Of a stretch of 64,000 nucleotides of DNA, positions 10,703 to 22,605 are shown piece by piece. Each line of letters opens with the position of its first letter. The stretch's first letter is position 1. The notes under the pieces were generated by a model. It saw nothing but the letters and a program-made list of their open reading frames with translations. It ran no database searches and was not told the origin of the DNA. The position numbers and the translations under genes are program-made. Source of the DNA: Orbicella franksi (Eukaryota); NCBI GenBank assembly GCA_964199315.1, contig OZ116699.1, positions 2,666,001 to 2,730,000 on the forward strand. Direction: 5' to 3'.

Positions 10703-12470
10703 AATGCCTTTATGAGAATAACTGGAAAGAATAACAATAGGAATGGACGATAATGCACATTATAAGATGGACTCATATACATACACAGCTCCTGGTGTGA
10801 AATTTGAATGTCAACTAGTGAACAATTAATTTTAGCACCAAAACCCAGCATCCTCTACAGTGTGATCAATTAATTTTCAATTTTACTAAAAATTACTGAT
10901 TCATACGAAATGTAGTCTTCAATGACTTGCACCGGTTAACTAAGAACCGATATTACCCTCTCTGAGGCAACTGTAAGTTGATATTAACTGAAATGTAGCC
11001 ATGGCACATCTGTTCCATGTTACGACAACAGCTCTATCACAGCCATTGAGCCACTTATCCTCAATTTGTTGTACTCGGCATTTTTGGCCAGTAATGGTTA
11101 ATCTTGTTTTCAGTGTGTTGGTTCCTTCATACATTCATCATTGGTACAAAGAACAGGAAAATAAACATGTAATATTTCAAAATGTTTTGATTAAAGCATC
11201 AGCTCAAATTCATGGCATTGTTGTTGCATCCCTCTGAGCACTGAGCAACTTGTACCACAGTAGCAACAAGGCTACAATTGCCTTTCCAATTTGTTCTCTT
11301 CATGAGGTTGCATCCCCACAACATGAATAAGACTCCTTGATTGGCAGTTGCTTGCCAGCAACCAACCTGCTGCCAACAAGCCAGCTGTTCATACTTGGAT
11401 GGTTGTCTTAGCAGGATCAGCTTCACCAGGATGGAAAGTAGTGCAAATGTACAAAACAAACCAAAACCTTTGCAACATTATAAAGCTGGGTGTAAATGCC
11501 CAGACTGCAGTAATAAATTTTTTCACAACTGTTGAAGCTGTCTGCATTGTCACTCTAACAAAAATTCTTCTTGCAATAATATTAATAACTCTCAAAGCCA
11601 ACTTGAATTTGATTTTGCCTGCTTGTTAGAATATGATCACTTTTTCTTCAAACAAAACTTTATCCTAAGATGAAAACAGCCTGGCCTAACCTGAATAAGC
11701 ATTCAAAAGAGAACAAAATTCTAAAATAAATTGACAACACAGCTGAATAATGTTGCAAAGATTTTATTTTTTTTTACAAAGGTTCTAGCATATATAATTT
11801 CATTTCTCAAATTTCAGTTTGATCCTGATATAGAGGGCTACTTTGAAGAACACCTTTACTGTCAGTAATATATTTGTCTACTATAACATTTTATCTTTCA
11901 AATCTCTTCAATGCTCACAGTCACTCTTTCTTCTGCTCCACCATTAGATGGCATTTTGTGCAGATTACACTCATATTTAATTTTGTCCTTAGAGGAGATG
12001 ATTTTGGATGATTAGTGTGAATTGTTAAAGTAACAACTTAGTTTACTTTGTTGACACATTAAGCTAGCTAGGAGTAAAGATCCCTAGAAACCCACGTTGA
12101 CTTCCCTCTTGAAACTCTGAAAAGCTATATAGCATCACAAATAACAATATCTAAACTGTAACAAAGACTGTTGATATGTTGTAAATTTATAGTTTTGTTT
12201 TCATTAGAAAAATAACACACTTTCGACCCTTATTTATGGGCACAACTGAACACTTGGCAGGAAACAGTTGCTAATTAAGGTGCAACAGATTCCCTGTAGA
12301 ATTGCATGTAAACGTTCACAATCTGAGCAGAGCACTTGGCTAGTGAATAAAATTTTCTATCAGCCTTCTACTGAACGATTTTCCAACTTCACACTATGAC
12401 ATTCAAGACATAAACAGATCTTGTTTATACGTTACATGTTTAATATCTTTAGTTTTCAGAATTAGATGCA

Positions 12471-15400
12471 CTACTCTGCTAACCATCTGTTAAAGAATGA
12501 CTGCATTTGTGCCCTGCTCTCAGCTGAGTGAATATTCACAGTGGGAATGATCTTCTTTGGCCGAACAAACTTCACAAATCTCTCCAGTTCTCTGAAACTG
12601 CTGTGTTCACTGTATGGTACACCTATTGAATGAGACATGATGAAGAGCTTTATCAGCAGAAGACAAAATCATTAACACTCGCTTTTGAGTCACTAAACTA
12701 CAGAGGCTGACAAGGGCCACCACACATGCAAGCTTTATACTTCTCATACAAACTTTATACTCCTCATACAAACTTTATATTCCTCAAACAAACTGTATAC
12801 TCCTCATACAAACTTTGTATCGAAAGGCAATTTTTGTATTCCTCGTGCAAATTTTATATTCCTATAAAAACTCCATATTTCTCATACAAACTTTGCATCG
12901 AAATGCAAGCTTTTTATATCAACATGCAAACTTTATACAAAGCACTGATCCGGAAGGAATCTGGGAACGAGTTTAGGTATTTCAAGATGGCGGACGGTGA
13001 AGGTGACCAGCGAGATATGAGCGAGTACTATCTTGAAATACCTAAACTCATTGTCCTCTTTACATAGAGGCAAAAGGATCTATCTCACGAAGAAGCCGTG
13101 CAACTATAACTCGGCACGTGAAGACGGTATTTCATACGTTAAGTATGCCACATTGAGCGATACCCTTGCAACCGTATTGAACCAGATATCTCTCTCCTAA
13201 TTACGGCTTGTATCTTGGCTTCATCAATAATATTACCTTTCCTCAAAGCTACGAAGTCTCCTTTTGAGTGTTCTCAAACTTATTTTAATATCATAGAAGC
13301 ACTCGAGAAACTCCAAAGTAATTTCATTTGTATATCCAAGGCCCAGAAAATAGTACTCGATCCTATCTCACTGGTCACCTTCAACATCCGCCATCTTGAA
13401 ATACCTAAACTTGTTCCCAGATTTCTTCCAGATCAGTGCTTTGTATAAAGTTTGCGCGTCAATATAAGAAGTTTGCATTTTGATGTAAAGTTTGTATTGA
13501 GAAATACAAAGTTTGTATAGGAATATAAAATTTGCACGAGGAATACAAAAATTGCCTCTCAATACAAAGTTTGTATGAGGAATATATTTTTTGTATGAGG
13601 AATATAAAGTTTGTATGTGGAATATAAAGTTTGTATGAGGAATATGAAGTTTGTATGTACGGTGGCCCTTGCGGGCCACCATACTAAACTGTTCAGATAA
13701 CTCTCCTGAGAAGTGAGATTTATTGTAACATATCAAACACTCAAGACCATGTTTGACCACATTTCCAAGCACCAAGAAGAGCGTTGAAAATGCGAGGCAC
13801 AGCTGAGTATTTTTGATGACCTTCTAGGTGTTTGGAAATGTGGTTAAACACTGTCTTGAGTGTTTGATGTATCTTCTCAATCGAAACTAAAACTAAGGGG
13901 AAAACCGTAAAAAAAATCATAAAAATCTACGCCAATTAAGATGAGATATCCAAACACTGTCATGGTCATGATTTCCTTTCTCTAAACTTGATGAATTATT
14001 AATGAGTTTGAGAAGGTGTGTTCTACTGAGGCTAGATTTTGCATGGGCATTTTATACTTGCATGGGTGTACATACCATAGATTGTAACATCTCCCCTCTT
14101 GGAAGGTTTGATCATGGACAGATTTTCTCTTTTTGCACTATGTTCCCATCCAGTAGGCTTAAAGGCCAGTAGCTCAGTGAACTGGGACTTGCGAGATTCC
14201 AAATAAGCTGTCAGACTCTAATAAAAGATAACAAAAAATAATAAAACCTATTATAACAACATTACTGTATTTCACTTTTTATGTGGACATAAAAAGTAAA
14301 ATAATACTTCACCTGCAATGTCAGCTTTGCCATTGGTAACACATGGACCTTTCCTATTTTCCAGTCTGTTGTGATCAAGGACTTGATATGATCAGATTCA
14401 AGACAATCTAGCACTTTCTTCTTCTGCCTTTCTACACTAACTTTACAACCGAGTGCTTCTGCAACAGCTTGTAAACAAAAGAAGCAAATGAATGCAATCA
14501 GTTACTACTAATCAATTAGTAGGGACCACAGAGGGGGAATTGCTGGTGGGGCTATTGCCCCACCTTTTTTTGCTTAGGTTGATTTTGTTTAGGGCTCTTG
14601 ATGTATGCATGATTTCCAGCCGTTGTTCGGAAAACAAACCCCCACTTCTCTCCCCTAACTCGGGGAGGAACAAAGACCAGATACGAGAGAGGAGTGGAAA
14701 TCAAGCCTACAGAATGGATAAATGTATGGATTTTCTTACTTGAAAGTAACAAAATGGCGGAACAGTGACCCTCAATGCCTGTTAATTGCATGATGATGCA
14801 GTTGTGTGCTTCTTTACATACACCTGTGAGAATGCTAGTAACTACATGCACTCAAATACAGGTTTTAACAGATCTCAAATTTTACAATAAAATACCCCAC
14901 AATGATTTATTTTGTCAGTAATTCTAAAGAAATTTGCTTGCTTACAAAGGAAGACACGTTCTTTTCCAATTGTGTATGAGCCACAGACAATCAGGGTCTT
15001 TGGGTTTTGTTTACAAGCTTGAACAGCTTTGGATACTGCGAAGTTGATGGTTTCTTCCTGAGGTGGGAACGAATATTCCGGATCACAATACCTAAAACAA
15101 ATTACAAAACATAACATCTAGTTGAATAATTGTGTTACACTGTACAACAAGAAACATACTGTACTGCATAACATGGAAGAATAAAAATAGCTTTCCACAC
15201 ATACACTGTTACTTTCCAGCTATCATGATTTAACATGGTGGGTCATGATAATAATAAATGATTGTCGTAGCAGTCATTAACAAATGGCAGAGCCTTATCA
15301 AGTGACTAGAGGAAGAAGGATTTAAAGTAAAGAAGGTAAGGTTAAGTCAAATTTGTGTTTCAACTTACGTGGTGTCAAGATACAGGACATCAATCTTACA

Positions 15401-18400
15401 ACGTAATAACTCAGGGTATTGTCCCATTGCAGTTGAAGCCCGGAAGTCACCTTTTCAACACGTAAATTATTAAAATAAGTAAAAAACTGAATTAAATTAC
15501 ATTGCAATATAATTATGTACAAAATGAACATTAAACCAAAATATAAAAGAAAATATACCAGGAAAACTAAAAGTCAACCTTATTTTTTGTTTTTTTTCCT
15601 CACTTTATAAAGCTGCTGTACATTCCCATGAAGGATACACCCAATCGCAAGTCAGTAAAGCTATCAAAGTTTTGGGTATACATTTGGCAGCACCCAGTGT
15701 AGCCTGTTCCAGGCATTCAGGTGTTTGGGGTGCAGTGCAAAAAAGAGTGGAAGAGAACTCCTCTATTATATTATCTTTCATCATTTTTTGCACCGCTTCC
15801 CAACTAACCAAACATCTGGAACAGGGCATCTGGAACAAGAATTCCAGAACAGGGCCCCTGGAACAGGGATTCCAGAACAGGGCATTCAGAACAGGGCATC
15901 TGGAACAGGAATTCCAGAACAGTGCCCCTGGAACAGGGATTCCAGAACAGGGCATCCAGAACAGGGCATCTGGAACAGGGATTCCAGAATAGGGCATCTG
16001 GAACAGGGATTCCAGAACAGGGCTTGTTCCAATGAGGTTGGGTATGAGTAAAACTGTTATACAAATAAGAACATGAAGTACTCCCACAATGTTGCCAAGT
16101 GATGAATGGTGTTAGCTCGTTAATCGGCCTTACCTGTATGTAGGTAAGTCTGTCCATTAGAAAACTGAAACAGAAACAACACAGCTCCTGGGCAACTGAC
16201 AAGAAAAAAAAGTGCAGCAGTAAATCCTGGAGGCAGAAGGTGGCTCGATAAACTTACATAAGAACAATGTATAAAGAACTTACTGGTTTGCCTCCATAAG
16301 TGTCACTTGCACATTGTCCACAATAGTAGGAGTGTTCATGGGTAGTGGATGAACAAAGTTCTTTTTGACATACAGCTTTGATATTACCAGATTTGCCGTG
16401 ATCTAGAAACAAAGGAGACTTCAGACTGAAATGTTCAAGTTTGTTCTCAAGTACAACCCATCTAGCCCCTTAGTCAATTTTTTAAACATTTTTATCATTG
16501 TTTTCAATCCTGTCCATTGGCAAGGTTGGCCATTGATCCATCTCTTGGTTGGTCATTCATTTCTATAAGGGTTACCCCGTATAAGGCGACATCTACTGTA
16601 AGCAATCACCTCACAAGAAGAGAAACCTCCCATAAACTAGGGATAACTACCTTAAGGGGAAACTGAGATGAAAACCCCCAGAATAAAGGGGAAAGTGTAC
16701 TGCATATTCATTTGTTTGTTTGTTCAGTCATCTGTCTACCTATTTGTTTGTCACTGTCAATCTGCTTGTTTGGTTGTTTATTTATTCCACCAATTTATTG
16801 ATGTCAGTCTCATTTGAGCAAATACAGCTAGTTTGATTCACCTTACTGCAGTAGATGGGATTTGCGAATTTCCCATTCAGTCCAGCATAGTGATCATAGT
16901 GAAAATGACTCAAGAAATAGGCACGGCAGCCAGGGATGTCACCATAACGAAAGGCATCAACTGTGATCCCAGAGTTAGGGATCTTCTTGTAGAATGGACA
17001 ACTCCTCCGAGATTGAGTACCAGTACTAGAAGCAGATATGTCTTCCCCATGACCTGAACTTTGACCTTCAGAAGTATAGCCTGTTTGCTTTAGATTATGA
17101 CTGTATTTCTTTCTTCCTGTCCAGCCACCATACCTCTGAGAGACAGAAGCTGCTTGTGAACAACTTGCTACATTTGCGTGATCTTTGGTAGGACCTTTGT
17201 TGTCCACTTGTTTCTTCAAAGGTTTCAAACCAAAGAACACCCCTATATCTGCTTGTTTCAGGGTTGCATTGCTCATTGTGGTTTTCTTGTTTTCCTTTGC
17301 AAAAAAGGACAAAAGCGATTTCTGTTTCTGACCCTTATTTGATTGCTTCGACTGAGCTTCCTCTTTAACATTTATATATAACTGTTTTTCTTCTAAACGA
17401 TCTGGGCATTCGTGTTCATCAACACCATTCATATGCTCCATCTTAACAGAATTTTCCAGTGTTTTTGAATCCAAACATTGTGAGATATGCTGCCCTTGTT
17501 TCCCATTCAAACTGACACTTCCTTGACTGTCATCATTGCCCTGATCTTGTGTACTAAGACACGATGCATCTGTGTCTCTGTACAACCCTTCAAATATCTG
17601 TGGATCACCAAACAACTCGTCATCTGAAGACATCTCAAACTCTTCAGTCTCACCATTTTTCATTGGTTCATCATTTGCCGGAAGGGAATGTTCAGATTCA
17701 CAACATTCTTCTTGATTTGGATGCTTTGATGAATCCACATCAGAATGAAATTCACCTAATAAACTTTTATTACTACTGTCTATCTTGTTCATCATTTCTC
17801 CAACAGAAGTAGGTTCTCTGTCGTCTGAGGATGTGGGCATATCCAGCCCATCAGGAGAAATTTCCAGAGGCTTTAAGTCTGTATTATCTTCCACAGAAGT
17901 AAGAGTTGTCAACCCACACTTGCCATCATCTTCATTTGTCTCTATCTGTTCTGGCCACTGTTGGTCTGAGAAGTCTAGTTGCCTTGAGGATCGAACATTT
18001 GTTTCAACCTTAAGAAAAATACAATGTAAAGAACTAGTTTAAATTAATAATGGACAGTTCCAACTACTAAATGAAATAAAGGGAATTGATGAAGAAGCAA
18101 GAGAGGAAGGGAAGCTGAGGCCAGTTCTATCATGTTTCTTTACCAACACATCCTTGTCGTCATTACTTTCTCCTTTGCATTTTTTCTCTGCACTGCTGTA
18201 GCTCCTGGTAGTAGCCAGAAGCTTATGAGAATATCTCTTATAATGAGGAGAAAAAGTAGATCTACAGTGAAGGCCTTCAGTGCAGTCACCTGGAAAAAAA
18301 TAAACAAAAAGAAAAAAATGAAGTTACACAAGTAGCAATCTCCCAAAACTATGTGGTTTTACAGCAAGACCTCAAAAATGTATACTACTCTTCCCAGTAG

Positions 18401-19596
18401 ACTGCGACACCCACAAATATTTTTGCCACCTTTAGCGTAATCTTTTTGACGCCACAAGTTTGTTTCAAACCAATCACATGGTAGATTGAAATGCACCACG
18501 TGAGGCCATGCTGACAGTTCTATGGCAGACAAAAAGCCGGTAAGCTTTCCTCTTGACAATAAACACATTGTGAATGAACATCATGTAATACAAAAAAGTC
18601 ATGACTCCACACAGAAAAAATGTCCTCACGTGGTGCATTTCAATGTACCACGTGACTGGTTTGAAACAAACTCACGGCATCAAAAACTTTACTCTGAAGG
18701 CAGCAAAAAAATTTGTGGGTGTTGCAATCTACTGGGAAGAGTAGTTCTGTATCTAATAAGTATAGAGAGTAATTCATAAACCGTGTGGCCTAACATGAAG
18801 CAAGTTACTACCAAAGCACAGTTCACGTCAACCTCCTTACTGGATGGAAACCCATCTAATTTAAACTTACATGTACCAAACCAATAACCAAAACTGACCC
18901 ACCTACCCATCAGTACTTGGCTTCGAGACTATGACACCACTCCCTGCCAATCAATTGCACAATCAAGCCAGCAAGCAATCAATCGATAGATTGATTTAGA
19001 CAGTTCATAGATCTCCATGTAATACAATAGTTAATCCACCTAATCTCTCACTAACTTTGTCTTGAGGTCTTTAACACTTGATGTAGCATACCTACGTAAG
19101 AATATTTGGTTTCCAAACATTCTCTGACGTGCCATCCTGGAGACTGACCAATCAGGGCAGTAAAGGGCATCTGACATTTAGGGCAGCAGCCCTCCATGAT
19201 GTCTTTCTGTGGTGTTATCTCCTCGCTGGAAACAGGTGAGCTACTTTGATTTACGCTCATACTTTGATAATGATCATGAGTGGTTAGAGAACCTGCATTT
19301 TCCAATTCATTGCGAGTACCGGACGAATGTGACCTCTTACGCCGGTTTTGATTCTCGTTCCTCGCATTTCCGGTGCCTCTGCTTGGTTGCGACTTGCCCT
19401 GACTCGCGGCTTGTGAAGCTTCTAACTGACTTGATCTTTGCGGTTCTTTCACAGTGTTATTTGAGCGTTTTGACTTCGCGTTCTTGTGCGGGTAAGTGGA
19501 TGACTTTTCCCGCCTAAAAGTCGGGTTTTGAAGCTTTCTTTTGAGCTGCTTCAGGGATTTTTCATCCCAAACATCATCTTCATCTTCTACTTCCAT
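12471..19596 (-). CDS. DCLRE1A: DNA cross-link repair nuclease SNM1A (about 891 aa); exons 19596-19092, 18289-18144, 18008-16842, 16402-16284, 16195-16134, 15450-15369, 15091-14946, 14467-14313, 14217-14076, 12622-12471
   Basis: UBZ finger (CPKCQMPF...HVREC), PBZ finger ([20 protein letters not shown]), PIP box (QADIGVFF), MBL/beta-CASP motifs [43 protein letters not shown]. All phases consistent; 2676 nt. Confidence 0.97.
12711..13680. mobile_element. Foldback-type element with about 320-bp inverted arms in the last intron of DCLRE1A
   Basis: 12711-13030 is the imperfect reverse complement of about 13355-13671. The arms carry tandem about 19-bp units (GAGGAATATAAAGTTTGTAT). A terminal hairpin GGTGGCCC-TTGC-GGGCCACC lies at 13661-13680. 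Confidence 0.8.
13725..14015. repeat. Interspersed repeat with a palindromic head
   Basis: ATCAAACACTCAAGACCATGTTTGACCACATTTCCAA (about 13731-13767) is inverted at about 13828-13868, followed by a unique tail. Confidence 0.55.
15816..16023 (+). repeat. Minisatellite built from about 10/20-bp GAACAGG(G/A) units in a DCLRE1A intron
   Basis: Repeated GGAACAGGGCATCT / CCAGAACAGGG units. This accounts for the overlapping repetitive ORFs at 15605-16202. Confidence 0.9.
18377..18750. mobile_element. MITE/foldback with about 130-bp inverted arms in DCLRE1A intron 1
   Basis: ACTACTCTTCCCAGTAGA...TTGAAATGCACCACGTGAGG (18380-18505) is mirrored by CCTCACGTGGTGCATTTCAA...TCTACTGGGAAGAGTAGT (18624-18744). 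Confidence 0.75.
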
Positions 19597-19937
19597 TTTA
19601 TACAAAAATAAATTATTATAAACACGGTGTATTAACAACTCTGTATCGAATCAGAACTTTTTCAAAATCCCTCCTACCCGAACCGGTATTCGATTCGACG
19701 ACGTCCGCCATGTTGAATAATCAAGTTGGTTTTGATACACTATATTTTCAATACTTGACAGTGTTATTGGCAATGAGTAAGTCCGCTGGCTAAGAGAACG
19801 CATGTTCGATTACTTCATCATTTGCAATCGAAGAAGTAATCGAAGATCGCCGATATCCTTTAGCGCCACAATTTTCCAGCCCTCCGTCCACGTTATCTTC
19901 CTTATCCACAATTAAGCGTTAAATCCTGTTTTAAAGT
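19597..19937. promoter_or_regulatory. Bidirectional promoter shared by DCLRE1A and the LRR gene
   Basis: Only 341 bp separate the divergent start codons. The stretch is CpG-rich and has a YY1-like CCGCCATGTT at 19705-19714. Confidence 0.75.
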
Positions 19938-22146
19938 ATGAATGTACAAACACTGGAGAGGTTTAGCCTTGAGAGTATAGCGAAAGACATGAATTTCTGG
20001 TGCAAGGCTTCTATTGAAGACCTCAATCGGTTCAAGTATATTCTGGGTCCGTTTGATGGCTTGAGTGAGTAAGATCTTCAGTAGAATCTATAGTGAATTG
20101 TGAAATATTAATTGAAAGAGATGTGTTAATTTACATCAGCAAGGAGTGTTATGGTTTGAAATGTAATGGTTCATTCCATGTAATTTAACATCCGCACCCC
20201 CCCTTATTGAGGGGCTTTGTATTTTACCCTCTCGGAAAAGTAAACTTTTTACCCCCGCCCCAAGACAGGAAGATCAAAGTACAGTTCCCCCCTCCCGTCC
20301 CCAGAAACGGCCTTTAAAGACCCCCCTTCTCCCCTTCAGATTTCCTAGACCCTTGACAGGCAGGGGTGGGGTTGCGGACAAAAAATGGAATGGCCCAATG
20401 GTTTTAGCGCTCCCTGCTCTTTCCCCAGGCTAGTTAGTTTTCAAACTGGCGTTACTTTAATTTTTTATTATTTTTTTTAATTGTCAGACTCTGACCTTAT
20501 TCAAGAGCTCTTGAATATTCTTTGTGAAAAGAAGGAGTTAAAAGTGTCTCATCTTCATGTCCTTGCTCACTCTAATATTAAACATCTGGACTTGAGTGTG
20601 TGTAGCTCTCTCATCACTGATCAATTAATTACTGCTGTGGGATATCGTTGTAAGGTGCGTAAACATGGAATTCATGCAAAACAAAGTCTGTGATACATAT
20701 ACAATGAAAAGTCAAATACAAAAGTTGTAAAATTTATTTAGGTTTCTGTGATATAAAGCGACCAAGGGAAGTTCTACAGACTCTCTCCCCTGGATTAGAT
20801 TTTATTCTGTTGCAGGTTACTGCCCCTCCCCTCCCCAGCATTTATGTCATGTTGTACCATTCATTTGCCAGTATTACTGTGGTAGTAAACTGCTGTTGCA
20901 TTTTGATTTTGATTTTTGTTTTGTGACAAAGGTATTTTGAAACTCTATTTTTCAGAAATTGGCACAGCTCTTTCTCAAGAACTGTTCACGTCTCACAGCA
21001 AAGGCATTAAAAAAGCTTCCCATAAACCTTCCATGTCTTCAACTCATTGACTTCAGTGGATGCCTGGCTTGCACTGATGAAGTGTTGAACTTGCTTGGTT
21101 CATCTTGTCCTGAACTAAGAGTGCTTAGGGTAGAGTCATGCTGCCTGGTCACCGATACTGGTGTAGACGGATTGTGTGGAGATAATGGCAATCCAAAGTG
21201 CAGAAAGCTACGAGAAGTGAACTTGACATCAACTGGCATAACCAGTTATGGAATACAGAAAATGTTGGTCTCTCAACTAAATTTACAAAAATTTTCTTTG
21301 GCGATGACAGGGTCAGGGGGGGCCTTCGAGTTGAGCAGTGGATGCCTGACCAGAAGTTTAAACCTCAGCTTGGTGGATTTATCCTACACACCCATCACAG
21401 ATACATTCATCAAGAGTCTTTGTGAAATTTGCCCTCTGCTTTGTGAGCTCTCGATTAATGGCTGTTCATCTGTTACAGCGGTTTCTTTACAGTGCATTGC
21501 ATCACTAACACATCTCAGGGTGCTGAATATCGCTGACAACAAAGCACTCAAATTTCATCCTCATCTTGTGCAATTTCTTGCCAAATCTGGTAACTCATTG
21601 CAGATGCTGAACATTTCTGGAATGGAAAACATTGATACTGAAGTACTTGGCACTTGTTGTAAGTCTTTAAAATGCCTTATCATGGCAGACTGTAGAGATG
21701 TAACCGGAAGCTGTATTCATGTTTCAACTGACCAAGAAAGCAAGTCTTTGACTTTAGCTCAAGCTTGCCCAAAGCTAAATACTCTAAACCTTCACAACTG
21801 CCATTTTACTCAACATAAGCCTTTGGCAGAGCACCTAACTTCGATTTTATCCAACTCTGCAGAGTTTAAAGAACTTGATCTTTCTGGCATCGAACATTTG
21901 AGCGATGAAATTATTACACAGTTTATACGATCCTCAGTCTTGTCAAAATTGAGGTCAATGAATCTTTTAAGGTGTTGTGAGATCACTGTGGAGCCAGTTG
22001 AACTGCTGTTAGAAACATGTACAGGCCTTACTCAGTTAAATCTACCTCACTGCCAGAACATATCTTTGAGAGATGCTGAACATTTAAGGAAGATGTCCAG
22101 AGGTCATGGTCTTAACCTTAATAGTCCTAACATTACCTGGGTATAA
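19938..22146 (+). CDS. Leucine-rich-repeat protein (AMN1/FBXL-type LRRs) with an N-terminal BC-box-like motif, about 494 aa; exons 19938-20064, 20488-20654, 20956-22146
   Basis: Cysteine-containing LRRs (LFLKNCSRLT, LRVESCCLVTD, LSINGCSSVT, LNLPHCQNIS). N-terminus VQTLERFSLESI. GT-AG introns in phases 1 and 0; 1485 nt. Confidence 0.88.
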
Positions 22147-22369
22147 CTGTCAAATTTACTTATTTTAAAAAGGTGTTGGTAAAACGGAAAACCATGTGAA
22201 AAATGAGTCCAACCTGAGTGAGTCCCGGTTAGACATTTCGTGACTTTTTTTATGTAAACTATCAGTTCAAAATTGTAATTCACGTGACCATTATATCCAT
22301 AAAAGTCGAAGAGTGTGTTTGAACCTAGATTGCAGTTTCTGTGAACAAAAATCTATGGCATACGTATGT

Positions 22370-22605
22370 GAAGCCACTAGGCCTTTGCCCACTCCTACCC
22401 TACTGCCGATGGGATGTTTGCCCGTCACAGACCCCCCAGAATTCTGTAAGCTTGCCCTAGCAATTTACTGGTACTCATTTATACACCTGGGTACAGACGG
22501 ACACTGTGAGAGTAGATTATCTTTCTCCAAAATTCGATGGCAAGCACTCGAACTCTACCAGCTCGACCCGGAGTCCAACACGACAACCACGAGGACATCG
22601 CGTCA
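22370..22605 (+). mobile_element. Decayed tRNA-derived SINE (same family as 9745-9840, 20770-20880, 46250-46390, 63645-63830)
   Basis: Shared core ...GATGG(G/A)ATG...ATTTATACACCTGGGT...GGCACTG(T)GAGAGT... seen in several copies in the window. Confidence 0.7.

Noticed and set aside
12636-12712. Box C/D-like ATGATGA...CTGA segment
   Set aside because: It is antisense to the host intron, has no terminal stem and no recognisable guide sequence.
12726-13775. ORFs 12726-13067 (+) and 13368-13775 (-) with similar Y/K/F-rich peptides
   Set aside because: They are the two arms of one foldback element and have no coding hallmarks.
15605-16202. Four overlapping 100-160 aa ORFs with repetitive peptides
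   Set aside because: They are read-throughs of an intronic minisatellite. Only 16134-16195 is a real DCLRE1A exon.
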